A stretch of 27,713 nt of DNA from Pseudomonadota bacterium (GTDB lineage Bacteria; Pseudomonadota; Alphaproteobacteria; Rhizobiales; Methyloligellaceae): positions 1 through 27,713 of the forward strand of contig JADFHH010000001.1 in the NCBI GenBank assembly GCA_022567275.1, in the 5' to 3' direction. A program made the position numbers and the translations under genes. Within the stretch, counting starts at the first letter, position 1. Each line of letters starts with the position of its first letter. The notes beneath the pieces are model-generated. The model searched no databases, was not told where the DNA came from, and saw nothing but the letters and a program-made list of their open reading frames with translations. Below are positions 1-9,988 of the stretch, one piece after another.

Positions 1-2
1 TG

Positions 3-1409
3 GTGACCCGGTTTGCCCCCTCGCCCAGCGGATTTTTGCATATCGGCGGGGCGCGTACGGCGCTGTTCAACTGGCTCTATGCCAAGGCCAATGGCGGGCG
101 AATGCTGTTGCGTATCGAAGATACCGACAGAACGCGCGCAACGCCGGGGGCGCTCGACGCCATTCTCGACGGTCTCACCTGGCTGGGACTCGAGTGGGAC
201 GGCGAGCCGGTCTATCAGCACAAATGCGCAAACCGGCACGTGCAAATCGTGCAACGGCTTCTCTCGCAGGGCAAAGCCTACAAATGCTATACGACGCCGG
301 AAGATCTGGAAAAAATGCGTGAGCGCGCGCATGCTCAAGGACGCACGTCGGTCTATGACGGAACCTGGCGCGAGCGCGATCCGGGCGACGCGCCCCCCGG
401 CGCTCAACCGGTGATTCGCTTCAAGGCCCCCTTGGAGGGTGAAACGGTTCTTGATGATCAGGTGCAGGGCGAGATCATTGTGGCGAACAAGGATCTCGAC
501 GATCTGGTGATCCTGCGCTCCGACGGCTCGCCGACATATAATCTCGCGGTGGTGGTGGACGATCACGATATGGGCATAACTCATGTGATCCGCGGTGCGG
601 ACCATCTCACCAACGCCAGCCGGCAGGCGCAGATTTATGCGGCTCTTGGCTGGAAACAGCCGGTGTTCGCCCATGTCCCGCTGATCCACGGTCCCGATGG
701 CGCAAAACTGTCGAAACGGCATGGCGCGCTCGGCGTGGAGGCCTACCGGGCGATGGGGTATTTGCCGGAAGCGTTGCGCAATTATCTGGTGCGTCTTGGC
801 TGGAGCCATGGCGACGATGAAATATTCTCCACCGCGCAAATGATCGAATGGTTCGATTTGCCGGAAATCGGCCGCTCCCCTGCCCGGTTCGATTTCGCCA
901 GGCTGGAAAATCTCAACGGGCATTATATCCGCGCCACGGATGACGAGACGCTCGCTGCGCTGGCGCGTACAATTGTTCCTGAACTGCCAGCAGACAAACG
1001 CCCGCCCAATGCCGGCGGCGAGGAAGCCTGGCGCAGATTATTGCAAGCCATGCCGGGCCTGAAGGCGCGCGCCAAGACCGTGCTCGACATTCTCGATGCG
1101 GGACGTTTCGTGTTCGTCTCGCGGCCGCTCGATATCGATGACAAGGCCGGCGCGCTGCTGGATGATGCTGCGCGCCGTATGCTCAGCGCATTGCTCGAGC
1201 CGCTTGTCGCGCTCGAAGAGTGGAGCGTGCTGGAGATTGAAGTCGTAATACGTGAATTTGCGTCAGCATCCGATCTCAAACTTGGCAAAATCGCACAACC
1301 ATTGCGTGCAGCTCTCACGGGCCGCACCGCCTCGCCCGGCATTTTCGATGTGCTTTTCGTTCTCGGCAAGGACGAAACGCTGGCGCGGATCAGGGATCAG
1401 ATGAAATAA
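3..1409 (+). CDS. gltX: Glutamate--tRNA ligase (GluRS); the first few codons lie outside the window
   Basis: [15 protein letters not shown] (HIGH-type motif), [39 protein letters not shown] (KMSKS equivalent); usual position upstream of gltA in Alphaproteobacteria. Confidence 0.97.
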   Translation: MTRFAPSPSGFLHIGGARTALFNWLYAKANGGRMLLRIEDTDRTRATPGALDAILDGLTWLGLEWDGEPVYQHKCANRHVQIVQRLLSQGKAYKCYTTPEDLEKMRERAHAQGRTSVYDGTWRERDPGDAPPGAQPVIRFKAPLEGETVLDDQVQGEIIVANKDLDDLVILRSDGSPTYNLAVVVDDHDMGITHVIRGADHLTNASRQAQIYAALGWKQPVFAHVPLIHGPDGAKLSKRHGALGVEAYRAMGYLPEALRNYLVRLGWSHGDDEIFSTAQMIEWFDLPEIGRSPARFDFARLENLNGHYIRATDDETLAALARTIVPELPADKRPPNAGGEEAWRRLLQAMPGLKARAKTVLDILDAGRFVFVSRPLDIDDKAGALLDDAARRMLSALLEPLVALEEWSVLEIEVVIREFASASDLKLGKIAQPLRAALTGRTASPGIFDVLFVLGKDETLARIRDQMK

Positions 1410-1594
1410 TGTCATTCCCCCTGAAACGCGGCGTTATCCCCATTTTACGCCAAATCTGCCGGTGAAACGGCCATACATCCATTGGCGATCTTGCTCCTGT
1501 CGGGGAAATCGATTAGTCAAAGAGAACTTCTACAATTCAACTTGTAGCTGTCCGGTTCACGCGCGGCGTCCTGGCCAGACATAGGAGATTGCGC

Positions 1595-2929
1595 ATGAGT
1601 TTATCCGGTGATTTCAAAGGCCCTGCATCGGCAACGGACAATCAGAAATCCGCGACGCTGACGCTGGATGGGAAGACTTATGAATTTCCGGTCTATCAGG
1701 GCAGCGTCGGGCCTGACGTCATTGATATCTCAAGCCTCTACAAGGACACCGGGTGTTTCACCTTCGACCCTGGCTTCACATCGACGGCGAGTTGCGAATC
1801 CAAAATCACATTTATCGATGGCGAGAAGGGTATTTTGCTGTATCGGGGTTATCCCATCGATCAACTGGCCGAGAATGGTCACTTTCTCGAAACCTGCTAT
1901 CTGCTGCTCTATGGCGAGTTGCCAAGCAAAGCAGAAATGGAAGATTTTGAACAGCGCGTGACCAGGCACACAATGGTGCACGAGCAGATGAACCGGTTCT
2001 TTACCGGCTTTCGCCGTGACGCGCATCCAATGGCCATTATGGTCGGCGTCGTCGGCGCGTTGTCCGCTTTTTACCACGATTCAACCGATATATCCGATCC
2101 GAAACAGCGGGAAATCGCCGCCATCCGGATGATCGCGAAGATGCCGACCATTGCCGCCATGGCGTATAAATACTCCATTGGCCAGCCCTTCGTGTATCCG
2201 CGCAACGATCTCGATTATGCGGCTAATTTCCTGCACATGTGCTTTGCCGTACCGTGCGAAGACTATGAGCCTGATCCTGTCCTGGCAGCCGCCATGGACA
2301 ATATTTTCATTCTCCATGCCGATCATGAACAAAATGCCTCGACATCGACGGTCCGGCTGGCCGGATCGTCGGCCGCCAACCCGTTTGCCTGTATCTCGGC
2401 CGGGATCGCCTCTTTGTGGGGGCCGGCTCATGGCGGCGCCAATGAGGCCGCCCTGAAAATGCTGGAGGAAATCGGCAGTGTCGATAACATCCCGGCATAT
2501 GTGAAACGGGCCAAGGACAAGGACGATCCCTTCCGGCTGATGGGTTTTGGCCATCGCGTCTACAAGAATTACGACCCGCGCGCCAAGATCATGCAACAAA
2601 ACTGTCACGAGGTGCTCGAGGCCGTAGGCGTGGACAAGGACCCGACTTTGCAGATCGCCAGAAAACTTGAGAAGATTGCGCTCGAGGACGACTATTTCGT
2701 CGAGCGCAAGCTCTATCCGAATATCGATTTTTATTCCGGCATCACCTTGCGCGCGCTTGGCTTCCCCACATCCATGTTTACCGTCCTGTTCGCTGTCGCA
2801 CGCACAGTCGGATGGATCGCGCAATGGAGAGAAATGATCGAGGATCCCGAGCAACGCATTGGCCGTCCGCGCCAGCTTTATACCGGTTCGGCGGAACGTC
2901 CCTATGTGCCGGTTGAGAAGCGAGGCTGA
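1595..2929 (+). CDS. gltA: Citrate synthase, type II (hexameric)
   Basis: [61 protein letters not shown]; SD AGGAG at 1583-1587 supports ATG 1595 over the ORF-track TTG at 1589. Confidence 0.98.
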   Translation: MSLSGDFKGPASATDNQKSATLTLDGKTYEFPVYQGSVGPDVIDISSLYKDTGCFTFDPGFTSTASCESKITFIDGEKGILLYRGYPIDQLAENGHFLETCYLLLYGELPSKAEMEDFEQRVTRHTMVHEQMNRFFTGFRRDAHPMAIMVGVVGALSAFYHDSTDISDPKQREIAAIRMIAKMPTIAAMAYKYSIGQPFVYPRNDLDYAANFLHMCFAVPCEDYEPDPVLAAAMDNIFILHADHEQNASTSTVRLAGSSAANPFACISAGIASLWGPAHGGANEAALKMLEEIGSVDNIPAYVKRAKDKDDPFRLMGFGHRVYKNYDPRAKIMQQNCHEVLEAVGVDKDPTLQIARKLEKIALEDDYFVERKLYPNIDFYSGITLRALGFPTSMFTVLFAVARTVGWIAQWREMIEDPEQRIGRPRQLYTGSAERPYVPVEKRG

Positions 2930-2961
2930 GGCAGATCAGGCTTGGTTATGTCTCCCGGTCC

Positions 2962-4140
2962 TTATCGTTTTATCTGAGACAGGATAATTTCAGCCGCCCG
3001 TTCGCTCGGCGTTCCGCTGCCAAGCGTCATGCGGGAACTCAGGCCGCTCAGCGCATCGATCTGGCGTTTTCGTTCCACACCGTCCTTATCCAGCAGAGCC
3101 AGCAGAGCGCGGGAAAGATTGTCCGCTGAACAGGCCGCATGGACGAATTCGGGAAATATATTTTCTCCCAGAATGAGGTTCGGCAGGACGATGGAATGTG
3201 CCTTCAGCATCCAGTGGAACGGCGCGACTATGGCCTCCATCCGGTAGCCGACAACCATCGGTGTGCCGGCCAGCGCCAGTTCCAGCGTGACGGTGCCCGA
3301 CGTGGCGAGCGCCGCATCGGCGAGCCGGAAGGCCTGGAATTTTTTCTCTTCCCCGGTGATCAGATGCGGGGTCAGCGGCCAGCCGGCGAGGGCGGTGCGG
3401 ATCAGCTCTTCAACGCCGGGCGCGAGCGGAACTATCACATTCAACGGGCCGGCTGCGTCCATGACGCGCCCCAGGGCGCCGCCATAGGCGGCCATCACGC
3501 GTCTCACTTCGCTGGACCGGCTGCCCGGTAGAACAACGATCACAGGCAGGCCTGCTTTCAGACCCAATGATTTTGCCAGCTTGGCCGGCTGGCGCGATCT
3601 GATCCACGCAAGGCGTTCAATGAGCGGATGACCGACATAGCTGCAATCGGGACCGCCAAGCCGTTCATGCGCCGCCGGTTCAAATGGGAGAATGGCCAGC
3701 ACATGGTCGATGTAGCGACGCATCTTGCGCGCCCTGCCCGGCCGCCAGGCCCAGATACTCGGCGAGACGTAATCGATAACCGGTATTCCGGGCAATCGGC
3801 GCTTCACGCGTCTGGCGATAGGATGAGTAAATTCGGGGCTATCGAGGATGACCAGGGCATCGGGCTTCATCGCCACCGCTGCGTCAACGCTCTGATAGAC
3901 GCGTTTTATAATCGTGCGCAACTGGGCGAGTATCGCCAACGGCCCCATCACCGCGACATCGGAAAGCGGAAACAGCGAAACACACCCCTGCGCGGCCATG
4001 GCTTCGCCGCCTACTCCGGAAATTTCAACCTCTCGTCCAGCCAACTTGCGAAGGGCGGGAATGAGTTTGCCGCCGAGCTGATCGCCGGAAAGCTCGCCCG
4101 CCACGACAAACAGCCGTAACGGCTCCTGAGGTTCGGTCAT
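2962..4140 (-). CDS. lpxB: Lipid-A-disaccharide synthase
   Basis: VAGELSGDQLG, DYVSPSIWAWRPGR, YVGHPL, LPGSRSSE, SGTVTLELAL motifs; ATGA overlap with lpxI stop. Confidence 0.96.
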   Translation of the reverse strand: MTEPQEPLRLFVVAGELSGDQLGGKLIPALRKLAGREVEISGVGGEAMAAQGCVSLFPLSDVAVMGPLAILAQLRTIIKRVYQSVDAAVAMKPDALVILDSPEFTHPIARRVKRRLPGIPVIDYVSPSIWAWRPGRARKMRRYIDHVLAILPFEPAAHERLGGPDCSYVGHPLIERLAWIRSRQPAKLAKSLGLKAGLPVIVVLPGSRSSEVRRVMAAYGGALGRVMDAAGPLNVIVPLAPGVEELIRTALAGWPLTPHLITGEEKKFQAFRLADAALATSGTVTLELALAGTPMVVGYRMEAIVAPFHWMLKAHSIVLPNLILGENIFPEFVHAACSADNLSRALLALLDKDGVERKRQIDALSGLSSRMTLGSGTPSERAAEIILSQIKR

Positions 4141-5009
4141 ACCTGCTTGCCGTCACTCATCTCGACGCCGACGATAAACAGACCGGCATCGTTGGCGCTC
4201 TTTACGAATCTCTCGCGATCGACAATCAGGACATCATTGGCGGCAATGGCAATACCAGCCAGTCCGGCTGCCGATGCATGGCGTACGGTCTCCGGTCCGA
4301 CCGTCGGCAAATCAATCCGCCGTTCCTGGCCAGGTTTTGCGCATTTGACAAGAACGCCTGATCGTTTGCGGCGGCCAATCCTGCCTCGCTTATTCAGCTC
4401 CTTGCAGCGTTGAAGCATCTTGTCGGTGCCTTCCGCCGCCTCGACCGCCAGGACATATTGGTGCGCGACAACGGTTGCCTGCCCGACGTCGAGCGACCCG
4501 AGCGCGGCGAGAACCTCCAGCCCGATGGCGATATCCCTTCGATCCGTCTTGCCCGGACGCCGTTTGCTGAATACGCCTTTGCCGGCAATCAGCTCAGGTG
4601 CGATTTCATGGGCTCCCACGACCCTAAACCCCTTGCTTTCAAAAAAACCGATTATACCTGTCAGCACGCTATTGTCGCCGCCTGCCAACCATCCAAGAAG
4701 CGATGGCAGGTTTACCAAGGCCCCGAAATCTATTCTCAACTCCGATAGCCTGGGCCTTCTGACCCCCCCAACGATAACCATTTCCCGGCAATTCGCGGTC
4801 TTCGATACAGACAGGACCTTGCCGATATGACCGAAGTTGATCCAGCTATGGGGAAATTTCTCTATTCCAGGATCAGTCACCCCTCTAATGCCGAAAATAT
4901 GAATGCTGCGCCCGGCGGAGATAGCGGCATTGGCGACTCTGAGCGGCATTGCACCACTACCTGCGATGATGCTGAGACCGCTCGGGCTATGTACGGGTGC
5001 GATGGCCAT
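4137..5009 (-). CDS. lpxI: UDP-2,3-diacylglucosamine pyrophosphatase LpxI (DUF1009)
   Basis: IIAGSGAMP N-terminus, LDVGQATVV, LAVEAAEGTD, VLVKCAKPGQERRIDLPTVG; lies between lpxA and lpxB as in other Alphaproteobacteria. Confidence 0.93.
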   Translation of the reverse strand: MAIAPVHSPSGLSIIAGSGAMPLRVANAAISAGRSIHIFGIRGVTDPGIEKFPHSWINFGHIGKVLSVSKTANCREMVIVGGVRRPRLSELRIDFGALVNLPSLLGWLAGGDNSVLTGIIGFFESKGFRVVGAHEIAPELIAGKGVFSKRRPGKTDRRDIAIGLEVLAALGSLDVGQATVVAHQYVLAVEAAEGTDKMLQRCKELNKRGRIGRRKRSGVLVKCAKPGQERRIDLPTVGPETVRHASAAGLAGIAIAANDVLIVDRERFVKSANDAGLFIVGVEMSDGKQV

Positions 5010-5037
5010 TTTCCCAAGGAGACCAAAAGGTCGTGGA

Positions 5038-5835
5038 CTATTCCACGTTCTGTTTAGGCATGGTGATGGAGCGCGAGGTATCCGACTTGATGAAATCGAT
5101 GATCCGCATCACGCATTCCTCGCCAGCAAACCCCTGCTCCACTTTCTCCGTTCTTTCTGCAAGCGTGCCTGCTGATGAAAACAGCAGATCGTAAGCCTCG
5201 CGTAGCTGTTTGAGTTGCGTGCGATTGAGACCGCCCCGTTTGATCCCGATAATGTTCAGACCTTTCAGCGCCGCGCGCGGGCCGACGACCATCCCATAGG
5301 GTATGACGTCATTCTCGACACCGGACATACCGCCGATAAAGGCATATTCGCCGATCCGCACAAACTGGTGAACCGCGGACAACCCGCCCAGGATCGCATG
5401 ATCGCCAACCTCGCAATGACCGGCGAGCGTTGCCCCATTCACCAGGATGACATGATCGCCAATCTGGCAATCATGGGCGACATGGGCCTGGGCCATGAAC
5501 AAACAGTGCGACCCCACGCGCGTCACCAGCCCTCCGCCCTGGGTACCGGGATTCATGGTGACATATTCACGCATAATATTGTCGCTGCCGATTTCGAGCC
5601 TGCTCTCTTCACCGCGATATTTCATGTCCTGCGGAATATGCCCCAATGACGCGAAGGGAAAGACCTCGCAATTCGTGCCCAGCAGGCTATGGCCTTCGAT
5701 CACCACATGAGAATGAAGCTTGCATCCGCCGCCGAGCTTGACGTTCGGCCCGACCAGGCAGAAAGGGCCGATCTCGACATCCGTCCCCAGTTGGGCTTTT
5801 GGGTCGACGACGGCGCTGGAATGGATATTGGTCAT
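5038..5835 (-). CDS. lpxA: Acyl-ACP--UDP-N-acetylglucosamine O-acyltransferase
   Basis: Hexapeptide-repeat beta-helix; IHSSAVVDP, PQDMKYRGE, HVAHDCQIGD, LAGHCEVGD, VHQFVRIG. Confidence 0.97.
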   Translation of the reverse strand: MTNIHSSAVVDPKAQLGTDVEIGPFCLVGPNVKLGGGCKLHSHVVIEGHSLLGTNCEVFPFASLGHIPQDMKYRGEESRLEIGSDNIMREYVTMNPGTQGGGLVTRVGSHCLFMAQAHVAHDCQIGDHVILVNGATLAGHCEVGDHAILGGLSAVHQFVRIGEYAFIGGMSGVENDVIPYGMVVGPRAALKGLNIIGIKRGGLNRTQLKQLREAYDLLFSSAGTLAERTEKVEQGFAGEECVMRIIDFIKSDTSRSITMPKQNVE

Positions 5836-5851
5836 TTGGGTGCCGTACTGA

Positions 5852-6322
5852 TCAGGGAGCTTTCACGATCATTGCGCTGATCTCGGACTCGGCAACAATC
5901 TTGCCATCGACCTTCGCCTCGCCTTTGAAGCGCCAGACACGGCCACGATTGCGGATTTTTTTCATGTGATAATAGACCGTGTCTCCAGGCACCACGGGCC
6001 TGCGGAAGCGGGCCCGGTCGATAGCCATGAAATAGACCAGATGGGGTTCGTAGTTCTCTTCCAGGTTGGCGACGCACAACGCGCCGGCGGTTTGCGCCAT
6101 GCCTTCGATCAAGAGCACGCCGGGCATGACCGGATGGGTTGGGAAATGCCCCTGAAAGAAATGTTCATTGATTGTGACATTCTTGACTCCAATCGCTGAA
6201 TGATCGCCATCCATCTCGATGATCCGGTCGATCAGCAAGAACGGATGCCGGTGCGGGAGGAGCTCCATTATGCGCTGGATATCCGCGCTTTTCAGCTGCT
6301 TTGACCCGCTTTTGTCGTTCAT
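5852..6322 (-). CDS. fabZ: 3-hydroxyacyl-ACP dehydratase
   Basis: [41 protein letters not shown]. Confidence 0.97.
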   Translation of the reverse strand: MNDKSGSKQLKSADIQRIMELLPHRHPFLLIDRIIEMDGDHSAIGVKNVTINEHFFQGHFPTHPVMPGVLLIEGMAQTAGALCVANLEENYEPHLVYFMAIDRARFRRPVVPGDTVYYHMKKIRNRGRVWRFKGEAKVDGKIVAESEISAMIVKAP

Positions 6323-6369
6323 TTCTTGCGCTCCATTTTCCCGTTAGCTACGCGTTCCCGTGCGGGCTG

Positions 6370-7428
6370 TCAGCGGCTGTCGTTTTTCAACGCCGCCGTC
6401 CGGTCCTTGACGAGTTTCTTCACCAGAGCTATTTCCCGGAACAATTGTGATAGTGGTTTGGCGGGTGTGCCTCCCCATTTTGCTCCGGCAGGGACATCGC
6501 AGAGTACGCTGCTGGTTGCGGCGATTTGCGCTCCAGCGCCTACGTTGACATGCCCGCTAACGCCAGCCTGACCGCCCAGGGCAACCCCATCACCCAATTC
6601 AACCGAACCTGCGATGCCAACCTGGGACACAAGGACACAGTGGCGTCCTATCACCACGTTGTGCCCGATTTGAACAAGATTATCAATTCTTGTTCCTTCA
6701 CCGATAATCGTGTCTTTCAAGGCGCCGCGATCAATCGCGCAATTGGCGCCAATTTCAACATTATCCTGAATCACGACACGTCCGATCTGGGGAACTTTCA
6801 AATGACCCTTCGCTCCCATCGCAAAGCCGAATCCGTCCTGTCCGATACTTATTCCGGCATGCAGTATCACCTGGTTACCGAGAAGCGCATGTGTGAGCGT
6901 GGTGTTCGGGCCAATATAGCAATCGCGCCCGATACAGACCCGGTAACCGATGGTGGCGCCCGCGGCGATTATGGTGCCTTTTCCGATATGGACTTCTGGG
7001 CCGATAACAGCGCCAGGTTCCACCGTAACATTCTCCTCAACTTTAGCCGAAGGATGTATGCCATCAGTGAAGCCTTCATCCGCTGAACCCATTGTTGCAG
7101 GGCGCAGCGCCTGTGGATAGAACATCGCCAGCGCCAGGGCAAAGGACCGGTAGGGATTCTCCGTAACAAGAGGAGTAACGCCCTTCGGTGCGCGCTCGGC
7201 ATAGCGCTCCGCGACAAAACAGGCCGCGGCGCGGGTTTTCGTATAGCTCTTCAGATATTTAGGGCTGTCGAAGAATGTCACGTGATTTTGTCCGGCGACA
7301 TCCAGCGGCATGACAGCGTGGATTTCCAGATTTGTATCGGCATCCGGCCCGGCCCCGGCTTCCGCGTTTTTCACCAGTTCGCCGAGCAAAAAAGGCCCTG
7401 CATTTTCAAAAAAACCTGGATGTTCCAT
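6370..7428 (-). CDS. lpxD: UDP-3-O-(3-hydroxyacyl)glucosamine N-acyltransferase
   Basis: N-terminal LpxD domain (HVTFFDSPKY…NPYRSFA), hexapeptide repeats, IGQDGFGF, KVPQIGRV, IDNLVQIGHN. Confidence 0.96.
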   Translation of the reverse strand: MEHPGFFENAGPFLLGELVKNAEAGAGPDADTNLEIHAVMPLDVAGQNHVTFFDSPKYLKSYTKTRAAACFVAERYAERAPKGVTPLVTENPYRSFALALAMFYPQALRPATMGSADEGFTDGIHPSAKVEENVTVEPGAVIGPEVHIGKGTIIAAGATIGYRVCIGRDCYIGPNTTLTHALLGNQVILHAGISIGQDGFGFAMGAKGHLKVPQIGRVVIQDNVEIGANCAIDRGALKDTIIGEGTRIDNLVQIGHNVVIGRHCVLVSQVGIAGSVELGDGVALGGQAGVSGHVNVGAGAQIAATSSVLCDVPAGAKWGGTPAKPLSQLFREIALVKKLVKDRTAALKNDSR

Positions 7429-7504
7429 CGCGCGTATTCTTCATCCAAATACCACTCTTGATCCATCTCGGGAATTGTTGAAGAGACCTGGCGTCAAAAC
7501 CCGT

Positions 7505-9835
7505 TTAAAACCGGGCCGCTGCGCCAAAGTGGAATAATGTCTTTTTATCATAAGGGGTGGACGTGAGCGCCTGGGCAATATCGGCACGTAACGGTCCGAT
7601 TGGTGATTGCCAGATCAGACTGAACCCAACCGATGACCTGATCGTACTGTCATCGCCAATGCTTGCCACTAACGAGCTGGCACTATCACTTACATCAAAC
7701 AGCGTTGCCGCATCAAAAAAAACAGCGGCCGAAATACCTATTTTTTCAGGCACCAGGGGGATAGGAAAGCGCAGTTCGAGCGAACTCGCAGCAAAAAACT
7801 TGCCGCCAAGCGCGTCTGTCGTGCCCAGATCACGGGGTCCTATACCTGAGGTATCAAATCCTCGAATTGTCTCCGACCCCTTGAAAAACAAATCAACGAT
7901 GCGCACGTCATCTCCGCCAAGTCCGCTGATATATCCGCCGTGAACGCGTCCCGCCAGGGTCACTTTTTTGCGAACAGGATAAAACGCCCGGGCATCGGCC
8001 CGTGTACGCAGGTATTTTACGTCACCTCCGATTCCGGCCAGATCCTGCGCGAATTGAAAATAGACGCCGCGCGAGGGGTTTTTAACATTATTGCGTGTAT
8101 CGAAGGTGAGCGCATAACTGACCGACGACACTATGGTCGCGCCGGCTGCGTCCTTGATCGCCGGGGATGCATCGGCCTCAACATCGAATATGTCTTGTTG
8201 CAGCAGGCTATAGCTTGTGCCCAGAGTCCAATTATCGTTGAGCGGTATGCCAAAGCGGATAGTGCCGCCAACTTTTTTAATTTTGTAAGAGGACTCATCG
8301 CTGAGATCGTTTTCCGTAAAGAAAATGTCGAATCCAGCCGACATGTTCCGGCCCATGAATTTCGGTTCGGTAAAAGAGAATTCCACATTGAGGCTCTCGA
8401 ACCCGCCGCGCGCCCTGAGGCGAATAAATTGGCCGCGGCCGAGCAGGTTTCTTTCACTCAGAGAGATATCAATGACCGGACCGCTTGAGCTCGACCAGCC
8501 GCCGCCCAGGGAAAGCTCTCCTGTAGCTTGCTCGACGACCCTGACAATGATGATCACGCGGTCCGGCGCGCTTCCTGGCTCATTGCGAACCGAGACACTC
8601 TTGAAATATTGCAACCTGGCCAGCCGCCGGCGTGCGGTGTCCACCAGCAGTCGATTATAGGCATCGCCTTCCGCGAGGCGGAATTCTCGGCGAATGACTT
8701 TATCTAGCGTGCGCACATTGCCGATGATTTCTATGCGCTCGATATAAACCCTTGGTCCCTCCTCAATCACATAGGTGATTGAAATCACCCGGGCGACCGT
8801 ATCGCGATCGACGCGTGGACGAACGCGGGCAAATGCATAGCCGAGAGCCGTAACCTCGAGTGTGATTTTCTCAAGCGATTTGTCGATCTTCGCGGCATCG
8901 TATATTTTTCCCGTGCGGGTTTGGATTTTGTTGCGGACCGCTTCTGGATCGAGCGAAGCGAGATTGGTCTCAATGTCTATGGCGCCGAATTTGTAAATCT
9001 CTCCTTCCTCAATAGTAAAGTTGATGAAGAACCCTTTCCCGTCGCGGTCAAGATCGGCTGTCGCGGAGGTAACACGTGCGTCGGCATAACCGTTCTTGAG
9101 GTAGTATTGCCGCAACAACTCCCTATCCAGATTGAGCCGGTCGGGATCATAAATATTGGTCGGGTTGAGGAAGCTCAGCAGTCCGGTTTCAGTTGTCGTA
9201 ATGACTTCGCGGAGCTGCGAATCGGTGAAGGAATCATTGCCCACGAAACTGATGCTGCGGATGGTTGTCTTGGGACCTTCCTGGATCTCGAAGACAAGAT
9301 CCACACGGCTGTGTTCCTGTTTGATAATCTTTGGATCGACCCGCGCGGCAAATCGCCCCGAACGGCGGTAAAGGTTCAGGATTCTCTGCACATCCGCCTG
9401 TACTCTGGCGCGTGTGAACACGGCTCGGGATTTCATCCGAATTTCCGTCTTGAGCGTTTCGTCATCAATCTCGTCGTTCCCCTCAAATGCGACCTTGTTC
9501 ACAATGGGGTTTTCGACGACCTTGACGATTACCGTATTTGCCTGAAGCCGGATTCTGACATCGGAAAACAGTCCAGTGGCGAAAAGCGCCTTCAGGGACT
9601 CATCGACTTTGCGTGGATCGTAGCGCGCGCCAGTTGAGAATCGCAGATAGGAGCGCACGGTCTCGGGCTCGACGCGGCGGTTGCCTTGCACCTGAATTGA
9701 GCGGATTACAGCTGATGATTGCGCCAACGCGGCTGTTCCGCCTGCTGAAATGCCGATAAGCACGCAAACCGGCGCAGCCGCGAACAGCAGCAGGAGTATG
9801 ATCAGCCCCCCGGCCCCTGACTTTTTTACGCCCAT
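7505..9835 (-). CDS. bamA: Outer membrane protein assembly factor BamA
   Basis: Signal peptide, POTRA repeats (IQVQGNRRVEPETV…, IEIIGNVRTLDKVIRRE), beta-barrel with IRGF motif, C-terminal Phe. Confidence 0.97.
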   Translation of the reverse strand: MGVKKSGAGGLIILLLLFAAAPVCVLIGISAGGTAALAQSSAVIRSIQVQGNRRVEPETVRSYLRFSTGARYDPRKVDESLKALFATGLFSDVRIRLQANTVIVKVVENPIVNKVAFEGNDEIDDETLKTEIRMKSRAVFTRARVQADVQRILNLYRRSGRFAARVDPKIIKQEHSRVDLVFEIQEGPKTTIRSISFVGNDSFTDSQLREVITTTETGLLSFLNPTNIYDPDRLNLDRELLRQYYLKNGYADARVTSATADLDRDGKGFFINFTIEEGEIYKFGAIDIETNLASLDPEAVRNKIQTRTGKIYDAAKIDKSLEKITLEVTALGYAFARVRPRVDRDTVARVISITYVIEEGPRVYIERIEIIGNVRTLDKVIRREFRLAEGDAYNRLLVDTARRRLARLQYFKSVSVRNEPGSAPDRVIIIVRVVEQATGELSLGGGWSSSSGPVIDISLSERNLLGRGQFIRLRARGGFESLNVEFSFTEPKFMGRNMSAGFDIFFTENDLSDESSYKIKKVGGTIRFGIPLNDNWTLGTSYSLLQQDIFDVEADASPAIKDAAGATIVSSVSYALTFDTRNNVKNPSRGVYFQFAQDLAGIGGDVKYLRTRADARAFYPVRKKVTLAGRVHGGYISGLGGDDVRIVDLFFKGSETIRGFDTSGIGPRDLGTTDALGGKFFAASSLELRFPIPLVPEKIGISAAVFFDAATLFDVSDSASSLVASIGDDSTIRSSVGFSLIWQSPIGPLRADIAQALTSTPYDKKTLFHFGAAARF

Positions 9836-9988
9836 TCGAAGCTTCTGTCCCCTGCTACGCTAAGGCCCAATGACCCAGCGACACGCTGGGCCAGAAGGCC
9901 ATTCCATTGTGGCCGTTTTTTGTTCGTTTTTATCAGCCCTAACAAGTAGTTGCCTAAGTTCAGGCCTGGCAGGCCGGAAGTTCCGAAC

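Noticed and set aside
1480-1520. Possible gltA promoter TTGCTC-N17-TAGTCA
   Set aside because: The -10 match is too weak to support a call
7429-7504. No skp/ompH between bamA and lpxD
   Set aside because: Direct bamA-lpxD adjacency is the usual arrangement in Rhizobiales as I recall it, and the 76-bp gap shows no remnant
7557-9637. Several + strand ORFs of 110-240 aa opposite bamA, and similar ones opposite lpx, dxr, rpsB, lolE and rnj
   Set aside because: All are fully antisense to or out of frame within confidently identified genes, with no motifs or SD support
9950-9986. ECF-sigma (sigmaE/EcfG) promoter for bamA suggested by GGAACTT/GAACTT
   Set aside because: No matching -10 (TCAAA/TCTGA or GTT) at the required spacing, so it is not called as a promoter
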